From: Candidatus Nomurabacteria bacterium
GTDB taxonomy: Bacteria > Patescibacteriota > Minisyncoccia > Phycocordibacterales > UBA9973
DNA length: 64,000 bases
Reading direction: 5' to 3'
NCBI GenBank assembly: GCA_023267375.1
Contig: JAHFNJ010000004.1
Span: forward strand, 513 to 64,512
Below, piece after piece: positions 56,828-64,000 of this stretch. The notes beneath the pieces were generated by a model. It was not told where the DNA came from and did no database searches. It saw nothing but the letters and a program-made list of their open reading frames with translations. Positions within the stretch are counted from its first letter, which is position 1. The number at the start of each line of letters is the position of its first letter. The position numbers and the translations under genes are program-made.

Positions 56828-58249
56828 TTATTTCTTAACGGCACCGATAACAATATCTCCGAGAGAAAGACCTGAGGTGATTTCAATCATACTATCAGAA
56901 CCTTTAATGCCGGTAGTTACTGTTACTTTTTTCTCTTTATCATTTTTATCCAAAACAGTAACGAATGATGCATCTCCTTCTTTTGTAATCAAGTACGCAG
57001 GAATCGCAAGCACGCCATCCTTACGAGCGATTTCAAACTTTCCATAAGCGCTCATGCCTGTTTTAATCCGTGGGTCAGGTGCAACCTCGACAAACGCTTC
57101 GTAAATTGGTACTCCGTCCACTTCTGTATCTTTTGAATTTATCGTGCTTATTGTTCCCTCAAAAGTCTCTCCGGGGATAGCATCGAAAGTCACTGCTATT
57201 TTTGCACCAGTTACCAATTTTGAAACATCCAGTTCTGGTACTTGAAGTACTATTTCCAATGCTCCTTCTCCGAGCACTGAGATAATAGTTTCCCCAACCC
57301 CAGCACTCTCACCGACTTCTTTTTGAATATTTGAGACTTTACCATTAAACGGCGCGTAAATAGTACTCTTGCGTATTGCTGCATCGATTTTTTCTATTTC
57401 CGCATAGGCAGCAGAGGTTGCACTGGTTTGCTGTTCTGCAACAATTTTTTTGTATTTAAATTCTGCATCTTGCACGGCTATATCGCGCGCATGTTTTGCT
57501 TCATTCCACGCATTGTAGTTTGCCAAGTATGCAGTTGATTTAGTATTTGGAATAGTGATATACCATTTTGTATTTTGATAGTCAGCAATGGTATCAGGGA
57601 ATGAAACAAACAATCCTCTTGTACCCATTTTTGTTGGCTCATTTTTCTGGATAGTCACGCTTTTTGTTTTTTCCAAATTATATGTTCGTAGGACGAGATC
57701 AGTGTCTGTGGCATCTTCTTTATCTATATAGAGATCGTACTGCCCTTCTCCACCATCATAAATACCTGTAATAACCGGCGGAGCAACAGTATAGGTATCA
57801 GAATCAGGAACAGCAGCTAAACCTTCGCTCAAAAGCGTGCGGTAAGCGCTTTCTACTTTTGTATCCTGTTGTGCTCTTACTCTTTCGAGATCCTTCTTGG
57901 CTCCTTCAAGATCAACAGCTTCCACTTGCACTGCAGCTTGTTTAATCGCGCGTTCAGCCAACAGATCGCCGATCTCAAGCTGAGCGAGCATTTCTCCAGT
58001 ATGTACATCTTGGTTGTTGGTAACAGCTATTTTCTGTACACGACCAGAAGAAGCAAATCCTAGATCTGCGCGATCGCGAGTTTTCGCGCTTCCCGAAAGC
58101 ACAATCTGATCGACAACATCAGCTTGCACCACAGCAACTTTCTCTGAAACATCCTTGCCTTTGCCAAAAATGAAAAAAGCTGCAATAGCAAGTATAAGAA
58201 TACTGCCCCACACTCGTTTTTTTCGTAAGTAGTAAGTGATTTTTTTCAT
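56828..58249 (-). CDS. HlyD/MacA-family periplasmic adaptor (membrane fusion protein, YknX-like)
   Basis: N-terminal TM, coiled-coil hairpin, beta-barrel/lipoyl-like segments. Confidence 0.75.
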   Translation of the reverse strand: MKKITYYLRKKRVWGSILILAIAAFFIFGKGKDVSEKVAVVQADVVDQIVLSGSAKTRDRADLGFASSGRVQKIAVTNNQDVHTGEMLAQLEIGDLLAERAIKQAAVQVEAVDLEGAKKDLERVRAQQDTKVESAYRTLLSEGLAAVPDSDTYTVAPPVITGIYDGGEGQYDLYIDKEDATDTDLVLRTYNLEKTKSVTIQKNEPTKMGTRGLFVSFPDTIADYQNTKWYITIPNTKSTAYLANYNAWNEAKHARDIAVQDAEFKYKKIVAEQQTSATSAAYAEIEKIDAAIRKSTIYAPFNGKVSNIQKEVGESAGVGETIISVLGEGALEIVLQVPELDVSKLVTGAKIAVTFDAIPGETFEGTISTINSKDTEVDGVPIYEAFVEVAPDPRIKTGMSAYGKFEIARKDGVLAIPAYLITKEGDASFVTVLDKNDKEKKVTVTTGIKGSDSMIEITSGLSLGDIVIGAVKK

Positions 58250-58295
58250 AGTATAGAGATTATACTATCACGTATTCGAACCTGAACAAATAGTT

Positions 58296-59279
58296 TTATT
58301 CTACTATTTTTGCTAATTCGTCAGAAAATGCTTTTATAGATTCGTCGTCATAGAGCGAGATTGTAAATACTTTTCTACCAAGCTTTTCAAATTCTTTCTT
58401 TTTCTTTGCAATTGCTTTTTCGTCACCGACAACATCAGTTTTTGTCAGAAGTATTACTTCTTCCTTTTCATCAAGGCCATCGCCATACGTTTTGAGCTCG
58501 TTGCGAATTTCTTTATAGACTTTCATCATTCCACCAGCTTGTGTGAGTTCGTTTTCAAATGAAACAAGGTGAAGCAACATCTTCGTACGCTTGATATGTC
58601 GTAAAAATTTTGTACCAAGTCCTTTACCAGCCGATGCTCCTTCAATAAGTCCAGGAATATCCGCAATAATACGCCCATAGAAGGCGCCAAGGTTCGGATC
58701 AAGCGTCGTAAATGCATAATCACCAATTTTTGCCTCAGCGTTGGTAAGCGCATTCAAAAGTGAACTCTTGCCGGCATTTGGTAACCCAACAAGACCAATA
58801 TCTGCAAAAAGTTCGAGCTCGATTTTAAAATCTGCTTCCTCACCATCTTTACCGGGAGTCCACTCTTTTGGAGCCACATTTGTCGAACCTTTAAAATGCT
58901 CATTCCCAAAACCACCATTACCACCCTTAAGAAGAAGTTCTTCCTGCCCTTCTTTTTCAAGTCGATATACTTGTCCAGTTTCTTGGTTTGTAATGATACT
59001 GCCTAACGGTAAATCAATATAGAGATCATTACCGCTTCTGCCGTGGCGACTGCCGCCTTCCCCCTCATAACCACTCTCTGCTTCAAAATCTTTTTTGTGT
59101 CGGTACTTAGCGAGGACGTGCACATCGCGAATTGCACGCGCAAGCACGTTGCCACCACGACCGCCGTCGCCGCCGTTTGGTCCACCCTTATCGATAAATT
59201 TCTCTCGGCGCCAACGAACAACCCCCGTTCCTCCACGGCCTGCTTTTGCATGTATATTTAGTTCGTCAATGAATGCCAT
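58296..59279 (-). CDS. obg: GTPase Obg
   Basis: 'FIDELNIHAKAGRGGTGVV...GGDGGRGGNV' Obg fold; G-domain 'GLPNAGKSSL'. Confidence 0.9.
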   Translation of the reverse strand: MAFIDELNIHAKAGRGGTGVVRWRREKFIDKGGPNGGDGGRGGNVLARAIRDVHVLAKYRHKKDFEAESGYEGEGGSRHGRSGNDLYIDLPLGSIITNQETGQVYRLEKEGQEELLLKGGNGGFGNEHFKGSTNVAPKEWTPGKDGEEADFKIELELFADIGLVGLPNAGKSSLLNALTNAEAKIGDYAFTTLDPNLGAFYGRIIADIPGLIEGASAGKGLGTKFLRHIKRTKMLLHLVSFENELTQAGGMMKVYKEIRNELKTYGDGLDEKEEVILLTKTDVVGDEKAIAKKKKEFEKLGRKVFTISLYDDESIKAFSDELAKIVE

Positions 59280-59322
59280 ATAATTAGGTTTTAGTTTCTA
59301 GTGATTAGGTGTTAGTAAAAAA
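59280..59322. repeat. Weak member of the octamer-array family upstream of obg
   Basis: 'taattaggttttagtttctagtgattaggtgttagtaaaa'. Confidence 0.3.
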
Positions 59323-59622
59323 TTAAGCGGCAGACTGTCGTCGAGGAGCGTGCTGCTCAACCTTAAAGCGATTTCCTTTTCCATCATCTGGTATCGGAAC
59401 CACAGTAAAAATTTCATGTCCTTTACCGTATTTGCTATTCAAATCTGTTGCTTTCCGATCAGCACTCAAGCTATCCATGAAACGAAGTTTACCTTCACTC
59501 GCCAGTTGATTTATATCCTTTTGTTCTTCCTCACTTAGCAAAGAAGGTTCTGGTTTCTCCTTGAGCATTTCTTTAATACTTATTATTTTATTGAATCTGT
59601 GTTCCATATAGTTATTCTGCAA
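59323..59622 (-). CDS. Hypothetical protein (99 aa)
   Basis: ORF only. Confidence 0.4.
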   Translation of the reverse strand: MQNNYMEHRFNKIISIKEMLKEKPEPSLLSEEEQKDINQLASEGKLRFMDSLSADRKATDLNSKYGKGHEIFTVVPIPDDGKGNRFKVEQHAPRRQSAA

Positions 59623-60505
59623 GCGCTAATTTTCCAAGTGCAATCGCACCCTCCTTCGATCCTGCAACCGCCAAGAATCGTCCATTATGGCAAAACACTG
59701 CGTCAGCCACGCCAGTCACTTTTGCCAATTCAGCATCACGCAATCCAGCCCAACTTGCCGGTAAATCTTTGCGATTTGCAAAAGAATTTTTTTCCTTGTT
59801 CATTGTTTTTACCATCCACTTTTCGTCAGTGCGTGGGCCGATAACAAAAAGTGGTTCTGGGTATTTTTCAAGCGTCTCATGTGCCGGATATTGCCCATCC
59901 AAAATAATGAGGCGTTTATCTTCTGCACGAGCATACGCATCTTCAACAAATGCACTCGCTTCGAGTGCATCTTTTGTTCTCACAATCATTCGTTCTAAAT
60001 ATACTTTTGCTGTTTTTGCGAGAGTTAGAAAGGCGCCATCGATGTCATAGGATTCTTCTTTCCAGGTTGGACGAAAAACAGATACGATATCTGAAATAAT
60101 AGCCGGAGAGACTCCTTCGATAGTTCCGGTAAATAGATTCATCCCGTTGTCATTTGCATCGATTGGCTGCACGAGTTTTTGATCAATATTGTCAGCGATA
60201 GTCTCCGAACCTGAAACAACTGCTCCGTATTTTTTCCAGACCAACCCAAACGAAGCATACGGAATCGTATTTGAACGTACTCCGGCGCCGCCTTTTTGAT
60301 GGTGATCAAAACGATTGATCAAAGGATCATCAACACCCCCAATATCAAAAACATAATCGCCAGAAGCGATTATTCCTTCATCTCTAGTTCGAATGATTTC
60401 ATACTGCTTTCCTTCTCGTTCAAGCAAAATCATCAACGTTGCGCAAGCAAACACATCGTCTGCGTGAAAGTTGCCGTTATGTGTTATGAGCTTTAGTTGT
60501 TCCAT
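59612..60505 (-). CDS. MYG1/UPF0160 family metal-dependent hydrolase
   Basis: 'LITHNGNFHADDVFACA' MYG1 N-terminal motif; start at ATG 60505. Confidence 0.75.
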   Translation of the reverse strand: MEQLKLITHNGNFHADDVFACATLMILLEREGKQYEIIRTRDEGIIASGDYVFDIGGVDDPLINRFDHHQKGGAGVRSNTIPYASFGLVWKKYGAVVSGSETIADNIDQKLVQPIDANDNGMNLFTGTIEGVSPAIISDIVSVFRPTWKEESYDIDGAFLTLAKTAKVYLERMIVRTKDALEASAFVEDAYARAEDKRLIILDGQYPAHETLEKYPEPLFVIGPRTDEKWMVKTMNKEKNSFANRKDLPASWAGLRDAELAKVTGVADAVFCHNGRFLAVAGSKEGAIALGKLALAE

Positions 60506-60546
60506 ATACCGTCGCTCACTATACCACATTTTTTCGATTATGAAAA

Positions 60547-61146
60547 CTATGCCTTTTTATCATACTCAAAGAGGTCATAGAGGAATGAAACGAACTTCTG
60601 AAGCAAGAGGAAGCCAGCAATGAAGATGAGGATAAGGAAAACACCTTGGCGAATATTGTTTCCGATAGAAAAAGCAGCAAAACTGAAGAAGTATCCGAGC
60701 GCAAGAAAACCGAGAAGCCAGATAATCGTGGAAATAACTTCAGCGCGGATATACATCCGGAAATTAGTTTTCATATAACCCGCAAAAATGAGCGTAGCAT
60801 TATTCACTCCGTAAATAAATTTTGAGACAAAAATTGACCAGAAAGGACGCTCTTTGAATCGGGGCAATAAAAGCAATATCTTTTTCTCAACATACCGGAG
60901 AAATGCGCTGTGTGGGAAACGTCGAGCAATCCAACCACCCAATCGATACCCTAATACCGTTTTCATGAGCGCTGCTACCGAGACAATAAAAATCGTTTCA
61001 GCTGGATGAAGCGCATTCTGGTGAATAAGAATACCTGTAAGAATAAGGATTACCTCGCCCTCAAAAATCATCCCTATGAAGAGTAGTAAGTTTGCCCAAT
61101 GCTCGTGCATTTGAATGAATTTTATTATGAATGGAACCGTATGCAT
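60547..61146 (-). CDS. DedA/TVP38 family membrane protein
   Basis: DedA-like TM topology with 'GYRLGGW' region. Confidence 0.65.
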   Translation of the reverse strand: MHTVPFIIKFIQMHEHWANLLLFIGMIFEGEVILILTGILIHQNALHPAETIFIVSVAALMKTVLGYRLGGWIARRFPHSAFLRYVEKKILLLLPRFKERPFWSIFVSKFIYGVNNATLIFAGYMKTNFRMYIRAEVISTIIWLLGFLALGYFFSFAAFSIGNNIRQGVFLILIFIAGFLLLQKFVSFLYDLFEYDKKA

Positions 61147-61241
61147 ATGAAAAAATGACTACATTTTACATTTCTAATGACTAAAAATACAGAATAGAAA
61201 ATCCCAATTAGCCACTAATTGGGATTTAGATATTTTAGTCT

Positions 61242-61583
61242 TTAATCTTCTTTAAGAAAACGATTGCCGATCCAGTTGATGAAGGAAACAATAATAGCCC
61301 CAATGAATGCTGCTGTGAAAGTGCTAACCGTAAAACCTTTAACAACCTGCGCCACGAGCCAGAAAAAGAGACCGTTAATAACAAGAGAGAACAGACCGAG
61401 CGTCAGAATATTGATTGGCAGTGTCAGTATTTTTATGACAGGCTTGATAATAGTGTTAATGAAGCCAAGCACCGCAGCCACAATGACCGCAGTTAAAAAT
61501 GTCGAGACATGGATATCAGGAACAAGATATGCTGCACCCAACACAGCAAGAGTAAGAATGAGCCAATGTAAAATAAGTTTCAT
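61242..61583 (-). CDS. YvlD/DUF360 (phage-holin-4-like) 4-TM membrane protein
   Basis: 'AAVLGFINTIIKPVIKILTLPINILTLGLFSLVINGLFFWLVAQV' matches the DUF360 pattern. Confidence 0.6.
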   Translation of the reverse strand: MKLILHWLILTLAVLGAAYLVPDIHVSTFLTAVIVAAVLGFINTIIKPVIKILTLPINILTLGLFSLVINGLFFWLVAQVVKGFTVSTFTAAFIGAIIVSFINWIGNRFLKED

Positions 61584-61605
61584 AGTATTTTTAAAAAACT
61601 AATAA

Positions 61606-62058
61606 TTAAAATAATGCATCAACGACTTCTTTAACGACAGTGCCATCTGCTTTGCCTTTAAGGTCCTTCATGAGTGCTGACATGAGCATTCCCTTTTTTG
61701 TCGGATCAGTAATACCGAGCTCCTCTTTTTTAGACGCTGCAATTTTTTCTACGTCAGCCTTGTCCATCATTTTCGGCAAATACTTTTCAAGAATGGAGAG
61801 TTGCGCTTTTTCTTCAGCTGCCAAATCTTCACGGCCGCCCTTGGTAAATTGGTCGATAGAATCTTTGCGCTGTTTTGCAAGACGCGTAATAACAGCAAGG
61901 ACTTCTTCATCAGTAAGAATCTCCTGTGGCTTTCTTCCTTTGGCCACAAGTTCATTCATGAATGCAGCCGTCATACCGCGCAACACATCGAGTCGGACAG
62001 CGTCCTTCGCAAGCATCGCCTCTTTTATTTGATTTTTTATTTCTTCTTGTAACGACAT
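61606..62058 (-). CDS. yqeY: GatB/YqeY-domain protein
   Basis: 'LQEEIKNQIKEAMLAKDAVRLDVLRGM...' YqeY family. Confidence 0.8.
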   Translation of the reverse strand: MSLQEEIKNQIKEAMLAKDAVRLDVLRGMTAAFMNELVAKGRKPQEILTDEEVLAVITRLAKQRKDSIDQFTKGGREDLAAEEKAQLSILEKYLPKMMDKADVEKIAASKKEELGITDPTKKGMLMSALMKDLKGKADGTVVKEVVDALF

Positions 62059-62061
62059 AAA

Positions 62062-62096
62062 AGTATATTAGTAAGTTGGTATGTTAGTAAACTAGA
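62062..62096. repeat. Octamer-array element filling the gap between four-helix-bundle gene stop and yqeY start
   Basis: 'agtatattagtaagttggtatgttagtaaactag'. Confidence 0.6.
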
Positions 62097-62457
62097 CCTC
62101 CTTTCCATTTGATTCAATGAGTTTATTGAGCATTCTCATCACTTCTTCGAGTAATGCTTGTACTTTTTCGTACTCTTCTATTGTAACAAATTTAAGCCGT
62201 TTTGCTATTTTTAACTGTGTATCAAGCTCACTCCCAGAACCGAATGATATGATTAAGAAATGTGAGAAATCTTTTTTTGTTTTTCTTCGACTACCTTCTG
62301 CAATATTTGATGGAATAGAAACAGCAGATCGTCTCATTTGAGAAGAAAGCCCATACACTTCAGCTTTTGGAAATTCAGCCGTAAATTTATAAACTTCAGC
62401 AACTAAATCCATTGCTTTCTGCCACACAATCAATTTTTCGTAATTATGTACCAGCAT
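62092..62457 (-). CDS. Four-helix-bundle protein (23S rRNA intervening-sequence protein family)
   Basis: 'YEKLIVWQKAMDLVAEVYKFTAEFPKAEVYGLSSQMRRSAVSIPSNIAEG' is diagnostic. Confidence 0.8.
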   Translation of the reverse strand: MLVHNYEKLIVWQKAMDLVAEVYKFTAEFPKAEVYGLSSQMRRSAVSIPSNIAEGSRRKTKKDFSHFLIISFGSGSELDTQLKIAKRLKFVTIEEYEKVQALLEEVMRMLNKLIESNGKEV

Positions 62458-62470
62458 TCTGTATTTAAGT

Positions 62471-62507
62471 CTAACATACTCATTTACCAGTATACTAGCT
62501 TACTTTC
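62471..62507. repeat. Octamer-array element (reverse orientation) in divergent promoter region
   Basis: 'ctaacatactcatttaccagtatactagcttactttc'; followed by 'TGCTAAAAT' extended -10-like box before the ATG at 62526. Confidence 0.55.
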
Positions 62508-62525
62508 CCATGCTAAAATCGAGCT

Positions 62526-63245
62526 ATGCCCAAACTACTTTTTTTAGACACCGAAACAACCGGTAATGAAAAGAAAGATTACTTGTGCCAGATTGCCTAC
62601 AGCATTGAAGGTGCACGGAAAATGGCCCTGTTTAAGCCACCACTCACTATTCCGCCCGGCGCATCAGCCGTGCACCATATCACCAATAAAATGGTAGCAG
62701 AAAAACCGCCCTTTCAATTTAGTTTTGAATATGATGAATTAAAAAAACTCCTCCATGATGAAGATGTCATCTTTGTCGCCCACAATGCGCTTTTTGATAT
62801 CGGCATGCTTGAAAAAGAAGGGTTGAAAGTGCCACGATTTATTTGCACGCTCCGCATTGCACGACATTTAGATCCTGAAGAAAAAATCGAATCATACCGT
62901 TTGCAATTTTTGCGCTACTTGCTTGATATCGATATTGAGGCAGCCGCACACGACGCACTTGGAGACGTGCTGGTGCTCGAAAAACTTTTCGAGCGTCTCC
63001 ATAAAAAAATGGTAGAAAATGCTGGGGGTAGTGAAGAACTGGCGATTCTTGAGATGATGGATATTTCTTCCCGTCCCGTACTTATAAAAACATTCAAGTT
63101 CGGGAAGCACAACGGCAAAAAAGTTGAAGAAGTTGCTAAAATTGATCGTGGCTATCTCGAATGGCTTCTGGCACAGAAACTTGAGAAAGAGGAGGACGAC
63201 GAGGATTGGATTTATACACTGAAATACTATCTTGGAAAATTATAG
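62526..63245 (+). CDS. DnaQ-like 3'-5' exonuclease with ExoX-type C-terminal domain
   Basis: Exo I 'LFLDTETTG', Exo II 'FVAHNALFD', Exo III 'HDALGD'; C-terminal 'FKFGKHNGKKVEEVAKIDRGYLEWLL'. Confidence 0.75.
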   Translation: MPKLLFLDTETTGNEKKDYLCQIAYSIEGARKMALFKPPLTIPPGASAVHHITNKMVAEKPPFQFSFEYDELKKLLHDEDVIFVAHNALFDIGMLEKEGLKVPRFICTLRIARHLDPEEKIESYRLQFLRYLLDIDIEAAAHDALGDVLVLEKLFERLHKKMVENAGGSEELAILEMMDISSRPVLIKTFKFGKHNGKKVEEVAKIDRGYLEWLLAQKLEKEEDDEDWIYTLKYYLGKL

Positions 63246-63250
63246 GAATA

Positions 63251-63283
63251 GTAAACTAGTATTCTAGTAAGTTGGTAAGCTAG
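63251..63283. repeat. Octamer-array element directly after exonuclease stop
   Basis: 'gtaaactagtattctagtaagttggtaagctag'; with the stop it reads TAG-gaa-TAG-TAA..., giving stops in all three frames. Confidence 0.6.
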
Positions 63284-63288
63284 AAAAT

Positions 63289-63322
63289 AAAAAGGTCAAC
63301 ACAATTGTGCTGACCTTTTTAA
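63289..63322. terminator. Bidirectional terminator
   Basis: 'aaaaaggtcaacacaattgtgctgacctttttaa'. Confidence 0.7.
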
Positions 63323-63334
63323 TCCTTTTATGGA

Positions 63335-63685
63335 TTATTTGTATTTTTTACGTTTAATAAAAAACATGAAGCCTGACCAGATGTTATTTTGCTGGTATCC
63401 ATTGACCTCTGATTTTATAATTTTATAACCCTTTTTCAAGCATTTTTGTGCTAAGCTCCTGGCGTATTTTCGCATTCTTATTTCCTGCGACTTAGAAACT
63501 TGTGTCTCCAAGCGTTCAAATGAATAGTTTTGAAAGCTTTTTTCGGTCACAGATATTAAATGACAATGTACTGAAATACTACCATCAGCTCCTGTCAGGT
63601 AACCAAATTCAACTCTTGGCTCGCCAAACAAAACCAGAGTATGGCCATCGCCTTTTTCGTGCGGTAAATTTGTTCTAATTTTCAT
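63335..63685 (-). CDS. Hypothetical protein (116 aa), AT-rich gene; weak HuH-like (IS200/IS605 TnpA-like) motifs
   Basis: 'HTLVLFGEPRVEF' and 'VHCHLIS' vaguely resemble the TnpA beta1 and HuH motifs. No C-terminal catalytic-Tyr helix is recognisable, so this is speculative. Confidence 0.3.
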   Translation of the reverse strand: MKIRTNLPHEKGDGHTLVLFGEPRVEFGYLTGADGSISVHCHLISVTEKSFQNYSFERLETQVSKSQEIRMRKYARSLAQKCLKKGYKIIKSEVNGYQQNNIWSGFMFFIKRKKYK

Positions 63686-63788
63686 TTTATTTTTTTTAAA
63701 TGGTTTGAATTTTGCTTATTCATATCACATATATTGCTAATTTGTCAATATATGTAAAACCCTCTGTTCTCAATGGTATACTTGTTTT

Positions 63789-64000
63789 ATGAGTGAATAT
63801 TACAAAGGCAAACGTACACGAAACATCTACGATCCGAGCGATGCAAAACCGTTCGCGCTTTCGCGTTCAAAAATTGATCTATTCCTAGAATGTCCACAAT
63901 GCTTTTATTTGGATCGTCGACTCGGTGTTGGCCGTCCACCCGGATTCCCTTTCAACTTAAATACAGCCGTCGATACCCTGCTCAAAAAAGAATTTGACGT
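63789..64000 (+). CDS. PD-(D/E)XK nuclease-family protein, N-terminal fragment (runs off window)
   Basis: Hand-translated 'MSEYYKGKRTRNIYDPSDAKPFALSRSKIDLFLECPQCFYLDRRLGV...'; the 'S.SKI..F..CP..FYL' N-terminal pattern is typical of Cas4/RecB-like PD-(D/E)XK proteins. Confidence 0.5.
   Translation, partial: MSEYYKGKRTRNIYDPSDAKPFALSRSKIDLFLECPQCFYLDRRLGVGRPPGFPFNLNTAVDTLLKKEFD

Noticed and set aside
61242-61583. Prophage, based on a holin-like (Phage_holin_4/DUF360) protein
   Set aside because: No endolysin, terminase, capsid or integrase genes are nearby. YvlD/DUF360 proteins are widespread chromosomal membrane proteins.

Overview
This is a densely coded 64-kb chromosomal segment on both strands with about 90 protein genes, one tRNA, and no rRNA or CRISPR. 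The standard code applies: TGA is used as a stop (for example scpB, 3161-3163) and an RF1 gene is present. The gene style includes a reduced dcw block (D,D-carboxypeptidase-mraY-ftsW-murG), many roughly 100-aa hypotheticals, a SWIB-domain protein, a PIF1-like helicase, a four-helix-bundle 'rRNA-IVS' protein and a split transketolase. By inference only, this points to a small-genome Patescibacteria/CPR-like bacterium. Recognisable housekeeping genes, in order: Asp/Asn-tRNA synthetase C-terminus with a translationally coupled Fic gene; scpAB; the dcw block; gltX; an M23 peptidase; a ZIP transporter; mscL; YgjP-like; csp; a DEAD-box helicase; L27 and L9; a Ctp protease; rsmI; trhO; a complete F1Fo ATP synthase operon on the minus strand (atpB-E-F-H-A-G-D-C, with an AtpZ-like gene upstream); tRNA-Ile(GAT); an RRM protein; prfA; L31; L25; YqgE/AlgH; an FAD oxidase; fba; a PfkB kinase; the two transketolase halves; pif1-like; rpe; rpiB; gap; gatB; a YknXYZ/MacAB-like ABC efflux triad; obg; MYG1; DedA; yqeY; and a DnaQ-like exonuclease. 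Main second-look items: (1) a family of degenerate 8-nt tandem arrays (T[A/G]GTA[A/T]NY x3-5) at six or more intergenic loci in both orientations; (2) two foreign ORFs, one strongly AT-rich, inserted between atpA and atpG; (3) two ORFs inserted between the transketolase halves; (4) a 600-bp non-coding leader upstream of the DEAD-box helicase carrying 19-bp and 15-bp perfect inverted repeats; (5) a promoter plus roughly 220-nt structured RNA candidate between atpC and trhO; and (6) a SWIB protein coupled to a Lys/Arg-rich micro-ORF. No prophage, CRISPR or complete IS was recognised.
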